Positions 21,245 to 30,198 of a stretch of DNA of 32,000 bases are shown piece by piece. The stretch's first letter is position 1. The number at the start of each line of letters is the position of its first letter. The stretch lies in NCBI RefSeq assembly GCF_000012345.1, contig NC_007205.1, positions 90,001 to 122,000 on the forward strand, read 5' to 3'. The notes under the pieces were generated by a model. The model made no database searches. It was not told the origin of the DNA and saw only the letters and a program-made list of their open reading frames with translations. A program made the position numbers and the translations under genes. The stretch is from Candidatus Pelagibacter ubique HTCC1062. GTDB lineage: Bacteria > Pseudomonadota > Alphaproteobacteria > Pelagibacterales > Pelagibacteraceae.

Positions 21245-22504
21245 TTAATTTAAACTTTCTTTTTTTTTAACAGCTGATGCCATTGGCATCCCTCCAAGCA
21301 CTGGTTCTGTAATACTTAAGGGTAATGGTATGGTTTTTTCTTTAAATCCTAATACCGGTAAGATTATTAAAAAGTGAATAAAGTAGTAAGCTGTGGCAAC
21401 CCTGGCAATCAATAAGTAAAGCCCTTCAGCTGGCATCGCACCTACGTAACCTAGAACTAATACATCCACTACTAGTATCCAATAAAATTGTTTGTAAAGA
21501 GGTCTAAATACTGCTGATCTAATTTTTGAAGTATCCAACCAAGGCAGTGCAGCTAAAATTAAAATTGCCGATAGCATTGCAACTACTCCCATTAATTTAT
21601 CAGGAACTGATCTTAGGATTGCATAAAATGGTAATAGATACCACTCTGGAACGATATGGGCTGGTGTTACCATTGGGTTTGCTTCTATATAATTATCTGC
21701 ATGCCCTAAAATATTTGGTGAATAAAAAACAAAAAATGCAAATACAATCATAAACATTAATAGTGCAAAGCCATCCTTGATCACAATATATGGATGGAAT
21801 GGTACTGTATCCTTAGAAGGTTTTTTAACATCAATCCCCACTGGGTTATTGTTTCCAGGAACATGAAGCGCCCAAATATGAAGAACGACTAAGCCCAAGA
21901 TTAAAAATGGTATTAAGTAATGTAATGTGAAAAACCTTGTTAAAGTTGGGTTATCTACAGAATAACCTCCCCACAACCAATTAACTATTCCCTCACCCAC
22001 TAAAGGTATGGCGCTAAAAAGATTTGTAATAACTGTTGCTCCCCAAAAACTCATCTGACCCCATGGTAAAACATATCCCATAAATGCTGCTGCCATCATT
22101 AAAAGGTAAATTATTATTCCAATAATCCAAATAATTTCTCTTGGAGATTTATATGATCCATAAAACAAAGATCTAAATATGTGAATATAAACTGCTAAGA
22201 AAAACATTGAAGCACCGTTTGCATGAATATATCTTATTAACCAACCATAGTTAACGTCCCGCATGATATGTTCAACACTTTCAAAAGCCATGTCAGCATG
22301 AGCAATGTAGTGCATAGCCAAAGTTAAACCGGTAACGATTTGTGTAATTAAACAAAAAGTTAAAATCCCACCAAATGTCCACCAATAATTTAAATTCTTA
22401 GGTGTTGGATAATCAGTTAAATGACTAGCGAGTGATAAAAGTGGAAGCCTGTCATTAAACCATTTTCCAAATTTTGAACTAGGAACGTACTCGTGATCAC
22501 TCAT
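21245..22504 (-). CDS. petB: Cytochrome b of the bc1 complex
   Basis: 419 aa polytopic protein. [20 protein letters not shown], the PEWY motif ([16 protein letters not shown]) and conserved heme-ligand histidines. Confidence 0.96.
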   Translation of the reverse strand: MSDHEYVPSSKFGKWFNDRLPLLSLASHLTDYPTPKNLNYWWTFGGILTFCLITQIVTGLTLAMHYIAHADMAFESVEHIMRDVNYGWLIRYIHANGASMFFLAVYIHIFRSLFYGSYKSPREIIWIIGIIIYLLMMAAAFMGYVLPWGQMSFWGATVITNLFSAIPLVGEGIVNWLWGGYSVDNPTLTRFFTLHYLIPFLILGLVVLHIWALHVPGNNNPVGIDVKKPSKDTVPFHPYIVIKDGFALLMFMIVFAFFVFYSPNILGHADNYIEANPMVTPAHIVPEWYLLPFYAILRSVPDKLMGVVAMLSAILILAALPWLDTSKIRSAVFRPLYKQFYWILVVDVLVLGYVGAMPAEGLYLLIARVATAYYFIHFLIILPVLGFKEKTIPLPLSITEPVLGGMPMASAVKKKESLN

Positions 22505-22513
22505 AATTATTTA

Positions 22514-23023
22514 TTATCCAATTTTAATAGTGTTGCTGTTAACAAATTCATATTTTGGAACTTCCATGTTTGTTGGAGCAGGACCTTTTCTAATTCTTCC
22601 AGAGATATCATAATGTGAACCATGACAAGGACAAAACCAACCATTGTAGTCTCCTTTATCATTTAAAGGGACACATCCTAAATGCGTACAGACACCTAAC
22701 ATAACTAACCATTCTGGATCTTTTGCTCTATCCTCATCTTTTTGAGGGTCTTTTAAATCTTCCATTTTAACAGCTCTTGCTTCAGCTACTTCCTCGGGTG
22801 TTCTTCTTTTAATAAAAACTGGTTTTCCTCTCCAGAGTACAGTGATTGTTTTTCCAGGTTGAACTGAACTTACATCAACTTCTGTGCTAGCTAATGCTTT
22901 AACAGATGCATCTGGGTTCATTTGATCAACAAGTGGCCAAACAACAGCTCCTACCCCAACAGCACCTACCGCATATGAGGCTGTAAATAAAAATTCTCTT
23001 CTTTCAGGTTTTTTTTCAGACAT
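22514..23023 (-). CDS. petA: Ubiquinol-cytochrome c reductase iron-sulfur (Rieske) subunit
   Basis: 169 aa. Tat-like RREFL N-terminus and the Rieske boxes CTHLGC and CPCHGS. Confidence 0.95.
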   Translation of the reverse strand: MSEKKPERREFLFTASYAVGAVGVGAVVWPLVDQMNPDASVKALASTEVDVSSVQPGKTITVLWRGKPVFIKRRTPEEVAEARAVKMEDLKDPQKDEDRAKDPEWLVMLGVCTHLGCVPLNDKGDYNGWFCPCHGSHYDISGRIRKGPAPTNMEVPKYEFVNSNTIKIG

Positions 23024-23109
23024 CTTTAATTTTTTGTATATTGTTATCTAATATATGATTTCATATAAGAAAAAAGTTTTTTTTCCACTGAAACAATGAC
23101 ACATAAAAC

Positions 23110-23571
23110 ATGAATTTGAGACCTAAAATAGCCTTATATGAACCTGATATTCCTCAAAATACAGCTGCTATTATCAGAACATGTGCATGTCTAGGGGCTG
23201 ATTTAGAAATAATTGAACCATGTGGTTTTTTATTCAGCGATAAAAGATTTAAAAGAGTTGTGATGGATTATATGGATGAAAAAATGATAAGATTTTATCA
23301 AAGTTCAGATGAATTTTTTAAATCAAAAAAGAATGAGAGAGTAATATTATTAACAACTAAATCAGCAGATTCTTATACTGACTTCAAATTTGAGAGTAAT
23401 GATACACTTTTATTTGGAAGAGAAAGTGCTGGCGTACCAGACCATGTTCATAATTTAATTAAGTATAGGTTAAAAATACCCATGATGGACAATAAAAGAT
23501 CTTTAAATATAGCCTCTTCAGTTGCTATAATTCTTTCAGAAAATTTAAGGCAAACTAACTTTAATAAATAA
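23110..23571 (+). CDS. trmL: tRNA (cytidine/uridine-2'-O)-methyltransferase, SpoU/TrmL family
   Basis: 153 aa. EPDIPQNTAAIIRTCA, FGRESAGVP and the LNIASSVAI SPOUT motifs. Confidence 0.85.
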   Translation: MNLRPKIALYEPDIPQNTAAIIRTCACLGADLEIIEPCGFLFSDKRFKRVVMDYMDEKMIRFYQSSDEFFKSKKNERVILLTTKSADSYTDFKFESNDTLLFGRESAGVPDHVHNLIKYRLKIPMMDNKRSLNIASSVAIILSENLRQTNFNK

Positions 23572-24398
23572 TGGACAAAGAAATTAAAAAAAAACTTGCT
23601 TCTAATTGGTTTAAGTTGCTGCAAAACACAATTTGTAATGACATTGAAAAACTAGAAGGTAAGAAATCTAAGTTTAAATCTAAAACTTGGAATAGAAGTG
23701 AAATTAAGGATGAAGGTGGTGGAGAGTTTAGAATTTTAAAAAATGGTAAGATTTTTGAAAAAGTTGGTGTAAATTTTTCAGAAGTGCATGGAAAGTTTTC
23801 AAAAAAAATGAGTAAAAAAATCCCAGGTGCCTCTAAAAATCCAAATTTTTGGGCATCAGGAATTTCTATTGTAATGCATATGAAAAATCCTCATGTTCCA
23901 GCAATTCATTTTAACACTAGATTTATCTACACAACACATGGATGGTTTGGTGGTGGTATGGACGTAACCCCTTGCATCCAAGATCTTAAAGAAAAAAGCT
24001 TCCTTCATACTGAATTAAAAAAAATGTGTGATCGACATGATAAAAAATTTTATAAAAAATATAAAAAGTGGTGTGATGAATATTTTTATTTACCCCATAG
24101 AAAAGAAACAAGGGGAATTGGTGGTATTTTTTTTGATTACAAAAAAAAAGATTGGGAGAAAGACTTTAAATTTGTAACAGATCTTGGAGTTACCTTTCAA
24201 ATGTTATTTAACTCGATAATACAATTGAAACACAAAAAGAAATGGACTGTAAAACAAAAGGAGATACAATATATTAAAAGAGGTAGATATGCTGAGTTTA
24301 ACTTACTATATGATAGAGGAACAAAATTTGGCCTACAAACAGGTGGTAATGTTGAGGCAATATTAATGTCTTTACCTCCAATAGCAAAATGGAATTAA
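23571..24398 (+). CDS. hemF: Oxygen-dependent coproporphyrinogen III oxidase
   Basis: 275 aa. WFGGGMDVTP, RGIGGIFFD and AEFNLLYDRGTKFGL blocks. The start overlaps the trmL stop as TAATG. Confidence 0.92.
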   Translation: MDKEIKKKLASNWFKLLQNTICNDIEKLEGKKSKFKSKTWNRSEIKDEGGGEFRILKNGKIFEKVGVNFSEVHGKFSKKMSKKIPGASKNPNFWASGISIVMHMKNPHVPAIHFNTRFIYTTHGWFGGGMDVTPCIQDLKEKSFLHTELKKMCDRHDKKFYKKYKKWCDEYFYLPHRKETRGIGGIFFDYKKKDWEKDFKFVTDLGVTFQMLFNSIIQLKHKKKWTVKQKEIQYIKRGRYAEFNLLYDRGTKFGLQTGGNVEAILMSLPPIAKWN

Positions 24399-24399
24399 A

Positions 24400-24876
24400 A
24401 TGGATAAAGAACCAATAACAGCAGATGGTCTTGAAAGTTTAAAGGAAGAGTTAATTTTTTTAAAAGAAAAAAAAAGACCTCAAATAGTTGCTGCGATATC
24501 TGAAGCAAGATCTCATGGAGATCTGAAAGAGAATGCTGAATATCATGCTGCAAAAGAAGAACAATCTCATAACGAAGGAAGGATTACAGAAATAAATGAT
24601 ATTATTGCAAGAGCAAATGTTATTGATGTAACCAAAATGAGTAATGATGGCAAAGTCATCTTTGGCTCAACTGTAGATTTAGAAAATTTGGATACTGGAG
24701 AAAAAATTACCTATAAAATAGTTGGAAAAGACGAGGCTGACCTTCAAAAAAAACTGATATTTTTTCAATCACCTATAGGTAGAGGTTTAATTGGAAAAAA
24801 CAAAAATGATTTAGTTGAAATTAAAACTCCCGCAGGTGTAAAAAACTTTGAAATTAAAGATGTAAAGTACGTTTAA
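24400..24876 (+). CDS. greA: Transcription elongation factor GreA
   Basis: 158 aa. Coiled-coil N-terminal domain with GDLKENAEYHAAKEEQ and a C-terminal domain with SPIGRGLIGK. Confidence 0.95.
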   Translation: MDKEPITADGLESLKEELIFLKEKKRPQIVAAISEARSHGDLKENAEYHAAKEEQSHNEGRITEINDIIARANVIDVTKMSNDGKVIFGSTVDLENLDTGEKITYKIVGKDEADLQKKLIFFQSPIGRGLIGKNKNDLVEIKTPAGVKNFEIKDVKYV

Positions 24877-26147
24877 TTACTTACTATTTTTTGAAGTTCT
24901 TTATCTGAAATTTTAAAATCATTACTAGTCCAGACTTCTTCTATTGCTTTTAACTTCTGTCCCAGCTCCTTTCCCTCAGGAATTTTATATTTTTCCATCA
25001 AAGTACTAGCTTTAAATGGCATAACAGGCATTTCTTTTTTTTTAAAAATTTCAATCATTTTAATTAACTTATTGTCTACTTTTTTGGATTTAAAAATTTT
25101 AAAATAAAGAACATCTAATAATGCCTCCCTGCCATTAAAATAAAAAATTTTATTTAGATTTTTTTCTGAAAAGGTTTGGTTCGTATTTTTTTCTAAATTA
25201 AACTTATTTAAAAATATAAGTCTTTTTTGATCTTTTTTGGATAAATTAAATTTATAAATAAAGTAATCTACATTATCAGTTCCATCAATAATCATTAAAG
25301 ATAATAAGAAAATAAAGTCCATTTCAAGAAAGTTTTTTTTTGCAAAACTATTCATTTTATTGAATAGAGAAATATTTTTTATTTGTGGAAAAATAAGATT
25401 TATAATCTCTAAACAATCCTTATCCTTAGTTAACTTTAGAAAACCATTTGATTTTAATAATTTTTGAAATTCATCTATTAATCTTTCTGAGGAAATACTT
25501 GAAACACCACTTAGGTTTTTTTTAATTGCTTTAATAACTTGTGGGTCATGACTATGCTTAGAATAACTAAGAAAAAATCTGACATATCTTAATACCCTTA
25601 AATAATCCTCTTTAATTCTGGTTTCTACATTTCCAATAAAATTAATTTTTCCTCTTTCTAAATCTTTTTTTCCATCAAATGGGTCAAATAAACTTCCTTC
25701 AATATCCGCGTAAATAGAATTGATAGTAAAATCTCTTCTAGAAGCATCTTCTTTCCAGCTATCAGAGAACTCTACTTTTGCATGTCGTCCATCTGTATCA
25801 ATGTCTTTTCTCAATGATGTAATTTCAAACTTTATATCATTAATTAGCGCTGTAATTGTTCCATGTTCTATTCCACTCTCGTAATATTTTATGTCCTTTT
25901 TAGTAAGAGCCTCACAAACCTCTTTTGGATTTAAATTAACTGCTAAATCTATGTCATCATATGCTTCTTTATTAATAATCTTTCTTACACATCCACCTAC
26001 ATACCGGATTTCACTATTGCTAGAGTATGAATGAATTGCTTCAAATATTTTTGAAACCTCTGTTTCCTTTTTAATATTTTTGAAGCCTAAATTTATGTGA
26101 TTAAGGTTTTGAGATCTAAAAAAAATTTTATCTAATAAGCTATTCAT
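24873..26147 (-). CDS. cca: CCA-adding enzyme / class II tRNA nucleotidyltransferase (poly(A) polymerase family)
   Basis: GGCVRK...DDIDLAV, EHGTITA and RRDFTINSIYAD motifs. I trimmed the track ORF (24873..26237) to ATG at 26147-26145 (MNSLLDKIFF...), because the upstream 30 codons are the complement-sense read-through of a tRNA gene. No other ATG/GTG/TTG lies before the GGCVR motif. Confidence 0.85.
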   Translation of the reverse strand: MNSLLDKIFFRSQNLNHINLGFKNIKKETEVSKIFEAIHSYSSNSEIRYVGGCVRKIINKEAYDDIDLAVNLNPKEVCEALTKKDIKYYESGIEHGTITALINDIKFEITSLRKDIDTDGRHAKVEFSDSWKEDASRRDFTINSIYADIEGSLFDPFDGKKDLERGKINFIGNVETRIKEDYLRVLRYVRFFLSYSKHSHDPQVIKAIKKNLSGVSSISSERLIDEFQKLLKSNGFLKLTKDKDCLEIINLIFPQIKNISLFNKMNSFAKKNFLEMDFIFLLSLMIIDGTDNVDYFIYKFNLSKKDQKRLIFLNKFNLEKNTNQTFSEKNLNKIFYFNGREALLDVLYFKIFKSKKVDNKLIKMIEIFKKKEMPVMPFKASTLMEKYKIPEGKELGQKLKAIEEVWTSNDFKISDKELQKIVSN

Positions 26148-26150
26148 ATA

Positions 26151-26224
26151 TGGCTGGCCCACAAGGATTCGAACCTCGGATCTCTGTACCAAAAACAGAT
26201 GTGATACCACTTCACCATGGGCCA
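26151..26224 (-). tRNA. tRNA-Gln (anticodon UUG), 3' CCA genomically encoded
   Basis: Minus-strand sequence TGGCCCA TG GTGA AGTGGTA TCAC A TCTGT TTTTGGT ACAGA GATC CGAGG TTCGAAT CCTTG TGGGCCA G CCA. It folds as a 7-bp acceptor stem, 4-bp D stem with a GG loop, 5-bp anticodon stem, loop UU-UUG-GU, and a T arm with TTCGAAT. The U1:A72 pair and G73 discriminator are as in E. coli tRNA-Gln. Confidence 0.92.
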
Positions 26225-26234
26225 ATATTAGTTG

Positions 26235-26256
26235 CATATATCACAAAAAAAAAAAA
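26235..26256 (-). promoter_or_regulatory. Candidate tRNA-Gln promoter: T12 tract followed by an extended -10-like TGATATATG
   Basis: Read on the minus strand, the ispE stop TAA is followed directly by T12 (A12 on the + strand, 26245-26256). Then comes G-TG-A-TATATG (26244-26235), ending about 10 nt before the mature tRNA 5' end. Pattern match only. Confidence 0.2.
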
Positions 26257-27102
26257 TTATATAGTTTTTGATTCAATACACCAGTGGTTATTAAATTTTC
26301 GTTTATATTGGCTGCATGCTTTTTTGCAGGCCTTTTTGGAATGAAAATAAGCCACTATTGAGGATCCTGATCCGGACATTCTAACAAATAGGGTGTTGGG
26401 TAAACCATTGAGGTAGGATTTAATTCTTTTAAGTTCTGGATATTTATTTAAGGCAACCTTTTCAAGATCATTGTCCAAATTTTTTAAATATTTTGCTTCA
26501 AATAGTTTCTGTTTAGGAGGGTTAAATTGAGGTTTAGAGAATGAATCAACTTTAGAATAAATATATTTTGTAGAACATCCAAAGTTAGGTTTCGCAACCA
26601 ATATATGAAATTTAATTTTATTTTTGAATTTTTTAATATCTCCATTAGATAAAAGAATAGCAAGTGATGGCTTTATACCTAAAATCACATCTGATCCTAT
26701 TTCATTACTTATTTTTTTTGAGTCATTTTTTTTTATTTTAATTAATTTTTTTTCAATAAAAAAATTTAATAGACTGGCAGCATTCATAGACCCACCTCCC
26801 ATTCCGGCTTTTTGAGGTATATGTTTTATAACTTTAATTTCAAATTTTTTATTATTCAAAAGTTTTTTGTTATCTAAAATTTTTAACAATTTTGAAATAG
26901 TATTAATTTTACTGATGTTTTTAGAAAATCTTCCAATAAAATTGATTTTATGCTGTTTTGTATTGCTTTCTGTTATTGTAATTGAATCATGTAAATCGAT
27001 AAAAGAAATTAAACTTTCGATATTATGAAGCTTTGATTTTTTTCCTGTAACGTTTAGAGCTAAATTTATCTTTGCATAAGACTTTATCTTAAAACTATTC
27101 AT
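26257..27102 (-). CDS. ispE: 4-(cytidine 5'-diphospho)-2-C-methyl-D-erythritol kinase
   Basis: 281 aa. N-terminal KINLALNVTGK and the GHMP kinase ATP motif PQKAGMGGGSMNAAS. Confidence 0.9.
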   Translation of the reverse strand: MNSFKIKSYAKINLALNVTGKKSKLHNIESLISFIDLHDSITITESNTKQHKINFIGRFSKNISKINTISKLLKILDNKKLLNNKKFEIKVIKHIPQKAGMGGGSMNAASLLNFFIEKKLIKIKKNDSKKISNEIGSDVILGIKPSLAILLSNGDIKKFKNKIKFHILVAKPNFGCSTKYIYSKVDSFSKPQFNPPKQKLFEAKYLKNLDNDLEKVALNKYPELKRIKSYLNGLPNTLFVRMSGSGSSIVAYFHSKKACKKACSQYKRKFNNHWCIESKTI

Positions 27103-27105
27103 AAT

Positions 27106-28791
27106 TTAGGAATTTTTTAATCCCTCTAATAATTTATTTTTAATAGTTTTTTTCATGGCATCTTCAGTCTCATCTAAATTTAAAACAGCTTGCCAAAAAT
27201 ATCTTGCTTGAATTTTTCTATCAAGCTGCCAAAGAATATCACCGTAATGATCATTAACTACTGGATCCTGAGGCATTAATTCAACTGCTCTTTTAAGAAA
27301 ATTTTCTGCTTTTTCATATTCGTCAACTAAGTAATATGCCCAACCGATTGAATCAATAATGTATGGATCGTTACTTCTGGCTTCATAAGCTTTTTCAAGC
27401 ATTTTAAGAGCAGTATCAATTTTATGCTCTCTTTCCAACCATGAGTAAGCTAAATAATTTAATACATAAGCATCATCTGGGTTGGCTTCTAGAGACTTTA
27501 ATAAATCTTTATCTGCTTTTACATAATCTCCAGATCTCTCGTAACTTCCTCCACGCCTATATAATATTTCAGCGTATAAGTCAGAATTAGCGTTCATTTT
27601 TAAAAGTATTTGATCATAAAAATTTATTGCTTCAATATATTTTTTTGCATTTTTATGCATATTTGCAATATCAAATATAATTTTTTTATTTGGGTTTTTA
27701 ATTTCTTTAAATTTTTCATTGATAAATTTTAGAGATGCTTCTTTATTATTTTTTTTTAAAATAATTTGAGACTCTTTTTTTAACTTAAACCAATAATAAA
27801 ATTCATGCTTTTTATCAAATGCTTCAAGAGTTTTTAATGTATTGGAATAATCATCACTCAAATAATAATTTTCAGCTAATAAAGACAAATTGAAAATAAA
27901 TTTAGGATTTAAATAGTTTGCTATATTTAAATAAAAATTTGATTTCTCATAATCATTCTGAGAGGAATAGAGATTTGCTATTAGAAAAAATAGTTCACTA
28001 ACAATGTCATTCGAATTTGTACATGAAAAAATTTCTTGGAAATTATCTAAGTTTTTATCTTCTATCCATTTTTTACCTTGAGAAATTAATACTGATGAAT
28101 TTAAATAATCAAAATTATTAGTAACTTTTTTTGCCTTATCGTAATTATCTTTCTTGATTAAATAACTGATCAAAAAAAATACATACCTTGAATAATCAGC
28201 ATCGTTTTGTGAATTAATTAATGTATTAAAATATCTCTCTGTATCTTTATCATTTAAATAACATCTTTGAAAAACTTCGTTAATAAATGAAAAATTTCCA
28301 AACGTATTTTTTTGCTTTATTAATTTTTTTTCTTCAAAAACTGATAAATATTGCTTGAAGGTTTCTGCAATGATTAATGAAAGTCTATCATTGTTAATAA
28401 ATTCATATGATCTATCAATATAAACTTTACTTTTTTTAAAGTTTTTTTTCTTTAAACTATCAACCGCCAGCAACAAATTAGCCTGAAAAAAGTCAGAGTT
28501 GTTTTTTGTTGAGTTCTGTTTAACTTGATTAATTGCTTTCTCAACTTTGCCATCATGTACTAAGGAAAATACATACCTCTCAAGATAGGCATCATGCTGT
28601 TTTATTAATATTTTTGATGAATTAAAAAATTTTAAAGCTTCTGTATTATCTAGATTTTCATAAGCTACAATTCCTGAAAAATAATTAGACAAATACCTTG
28701 CATTAAAATCATTTAAACTGGTATTTTTTGAGTATAATGGACTCTGATAAAGTATTAATATTAAAAAGAATTTAAAAAACTTTACCAACAT
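27106..28791 (-). CDS. Tetratricopeptide-repeat protein with N-terminal signal peptide
   Basis: 561 aa. Hydrophobic N-terminus MLVKFFKFFLILILYQSPLYS, and a C-terminal half with clear TPR units (YRRGGSYERSGDYVKADKDLLKSLEANPDDAYVLNYLAYSW...). A TPR gene upstream of ispE is a conserved alphaproteobacterial arrangement. Confidence 0.75.
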   Translation of the reverse strand: MLVKFFKFFLILILYQSPLYSKNTSLNDFNARYLSNYFSGIVAYENLDNTEALKFFNSSKILIKQHDAYLERYVFSLVHDGKVEKAINQVKQNSTKNNSDFFQANLLLAVDSLKKKNFKKSKVYIDRSYEFINNDRLSLIIAETFKQYLSVFEEKKLIKQKNTFGNFSFINEVFQRCYLNDKDTERYFNTLINSQNDADYSRYVFFLISYLIKKDNYDKAKKVTNNFDYLNSSVLISQGKKWIEDKNLDNFQEIFSCTNSNDIVSELFFLIANLYSSQNDYEKSNFYLNIANYLNPKFIFNLSLLAENYYLSDDYSNTLKTLEAFDKKHEFYYWFKLKKESQIILKKNNKEASLKFINEKFKEIKNPNKKIIFDIANMHKNAKKYIEAINFYDQILLKMNANSDLYAEILYRRGGSYERSGDYVKADKDLLKSLEANPDDAYVLNYLAYSWLEREHKIDTALKMLEKAYEARSNDPYIIDSIGWAYYLVDEYEKAENFLKRAVELMPQDPVVNDHYGDILWQLDRKIQARYFWQAVLNLDETEDAMKKTIKNKLLEGLKNS

Positions 28792-28802
28792 TTGGCCATT
28801 CT

Positions 28803-29534
28803 ATGTCTAAAAAAGTAATAAATCAAAAAACGAATTTTGACTCTGAGTTCTTAAACTCTACTGGATCTGACTTTATTTTTGATGAAAAACCAATCAATAG
28901 ACTAAAAAATACTAGTAATGACTTAAAAAAAGATCTGAGTATTCAAAAAATAGATAAAGTTAAAGAGCTTGCGAATCTTAAAGAACAAATAAACTCAATT
29001 AGTGATTGTAACTTAAAGAATAATTCAAAAAAAATAATTTTAGGAGATGGAAATATTAATAGCCCTATAATGTTAATTGGTGAAGCTCCAGGCGTTGAAG
29101 AAGATAATGCCGGATTAACTTTTATGGGTGAGGTAGGAGATCTTTTAAAAAAAATGCTAATTGCAATAAATATTGAAAAACAAAATATTTATACAACATA
29201 TGCTGTAAACTTTAGGCCCCCTGAAGATCGAAAGCCAAACTCTACAGAAATTAAAAGATATTCTCAATTTTTACAAAAACATATTTCAATAATAAATCCT
29301 AAAATAATAATTCTTATGGGTAGTACTGCTATGGAATCTTTAACGGGTTTAAATAGTAAAATTTCTATTGAAAGAGGAAAATGGAAAGAAGTAATTGTAA
29401 AGAATACAAGTTACAACGTTATCATAACTTTTAACCCCTCTTATCTTTTAAGAGCTCCTGAAAATAAAAAACATTCATGGGATGACTTAAAAAAGATTAA
29501 ACAAAAAATCTTAGAACTAAACCTATCCGTTTAA
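28803..29534 (+). CDS. Uracil-DNA glycosylase superfamily protein, family-4-like, atypical (single Cys, NPS motif B)
   Basis: 243 aa. Motif A LIGEAPGVEEDNAGLTFMGEVGDLL, RPPEDRKP, and motif-B region ITFNPSYLLRAPENKKHSW. An N-terminal extension of about 80 aa is low-complexity. Confidence 0.75.
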   Translation: MSKKVINQKTNFDSEFLNSTGSDFIFDEKPINRLKNTSNDLKKDLSIQKIDKVKELANLKEQINSISDCNLKNNSKKIILGDGNINSPIMLIGEAPGVEEDNAGLTFMGEVGDLLKKMLIAINIEKQNIYTTYAVNFRPPEDRKPNSTEIKRYSQFLQKHISIINPKIIILMGSTAMESLTGLNSKISIERGKWKEVIVKNTSYNVIITFNPSYLLRAPENKKHSWDDLKKIKQKILELNLSV

Positions 29535-30094
29535 TGAAAATCTTAGCAGGTGTTGATGAAGTTGGTAGAGGAAGCTTAATCGGACCCGTTTATGCAGCAG
29601 CTGTCATATTAAATAATTCTATTGATAAAAAATTATTAAAAGATTCAAAAACTCTAACAAAAGACAAAAGAGAAGAGCTTGAAAAATATATTAAAAAAAA
29701 TTCTATATGGGCTATAGGTCAGGCGTCGACTAAAGAAATTGAAAAAATTAATATATTGCATGCAAGTTTACTTGCAATGAAAAGAGCCATTCTTAAATTG
29801 AAGATAAAACCTTCACTTGTTTTAATTGATGGTAACAAACTACCTGATTTAAAAAACTATAAATTAGAATATGTAATTAAAGGAGATCAAAAAATTCCAA
29901 GCATTTCTGCTGCATCAATTATTGCAAAAGTCAGTAGAGATAAATTTATTACAAAACTTTCAAAAGAATTTAATAATTATGGATGGGATACAAACTCTGG
30001 TTATGGAACCAAAGAGCATTTAAAAGCAATTAAGCAATTTGGTATTACCAAATATCACCGTAAAACATTTTCACCTATTAGTGATCTTCTATAA
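29534..30094 (+). CDS. rnhB: Ribonuclease HII
   Basis: 186 aa. GVDEVGRGSLIGPV catalytic block, DSKTLT, LIDGNK, ASIIAKVSRD and SGYGT. The start overlaps the UDG stop as TAATG. Confidence 0.94.
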   Translation: MKILAGVDEVGRGSLIGPVYAAAVILNNSIDKKLLKDSKTLTKDKREELEKYIKKNSIWAIGQASTKEIEKINILHASLLAMKRAILKLKIKPSLVLIDGNKLPDLKNYKLEYVIKGDQKIPSISAASIIAKVSRDKFITKLSKEFNNYGWDTNSGYGTKEHLKAIKQFGITKYHRKTFSPISDLL

Positions 30095-30149
30095 ATTATA
30101 ATAATTACAACACAAGATCTGGTTGTTTAAGAAATAACAAACACAAATT

Positions 30150-30198
30150 GAATCCATTTAATTCAATCACAGGTTGACCGTGGAATCCGTTTGGAGTC
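30150..30198. promoter_or_regulatory. Cluster of three GANTC (CcrM target) sites in the ccrM upstream region
   Basis: GAATC at 30150-30154, GAATC at 30183-30187 and GAGTC at 30194-30198, the last ending 18 nt before the ccrM ATG (30216). They lie in the largest intergenic spacer of the window (30095-30215, 121 bp). Confidence 0.5.

Noticed and set aside
26148-26237. N-terminal 30 codons of the 454-aa track ORF (MQLILAHGEVVSHLFLVQRSEVRILVGQPY)
   Set aside because: This stretch is the same-strand reading of the tRNA-Gln gene. The GEVV.H...QRSEVRI type of peptide is a typical tRNA artefact. The real cca start is the ATG at 26147.
26150-26344. 64-aa plus-strand ORF (MAGPQGFEPRISVPKTDVIPLHHGP...)
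   Set aside because: It is the antisense translation of the tRNA-Gln gene running into the antisense of the ispE 3' end. GFEPR is the classic reverse-tRNA peptide. It is not a gene.
30122-30142. Imperfect inverted repeat TTGTT-N8-AACAA after rnhB, as a possible terminator
   Set aside because: The stem is only 5 AT-rich base pairs with no U-tract. It is indistinguishable from chance in this composition.
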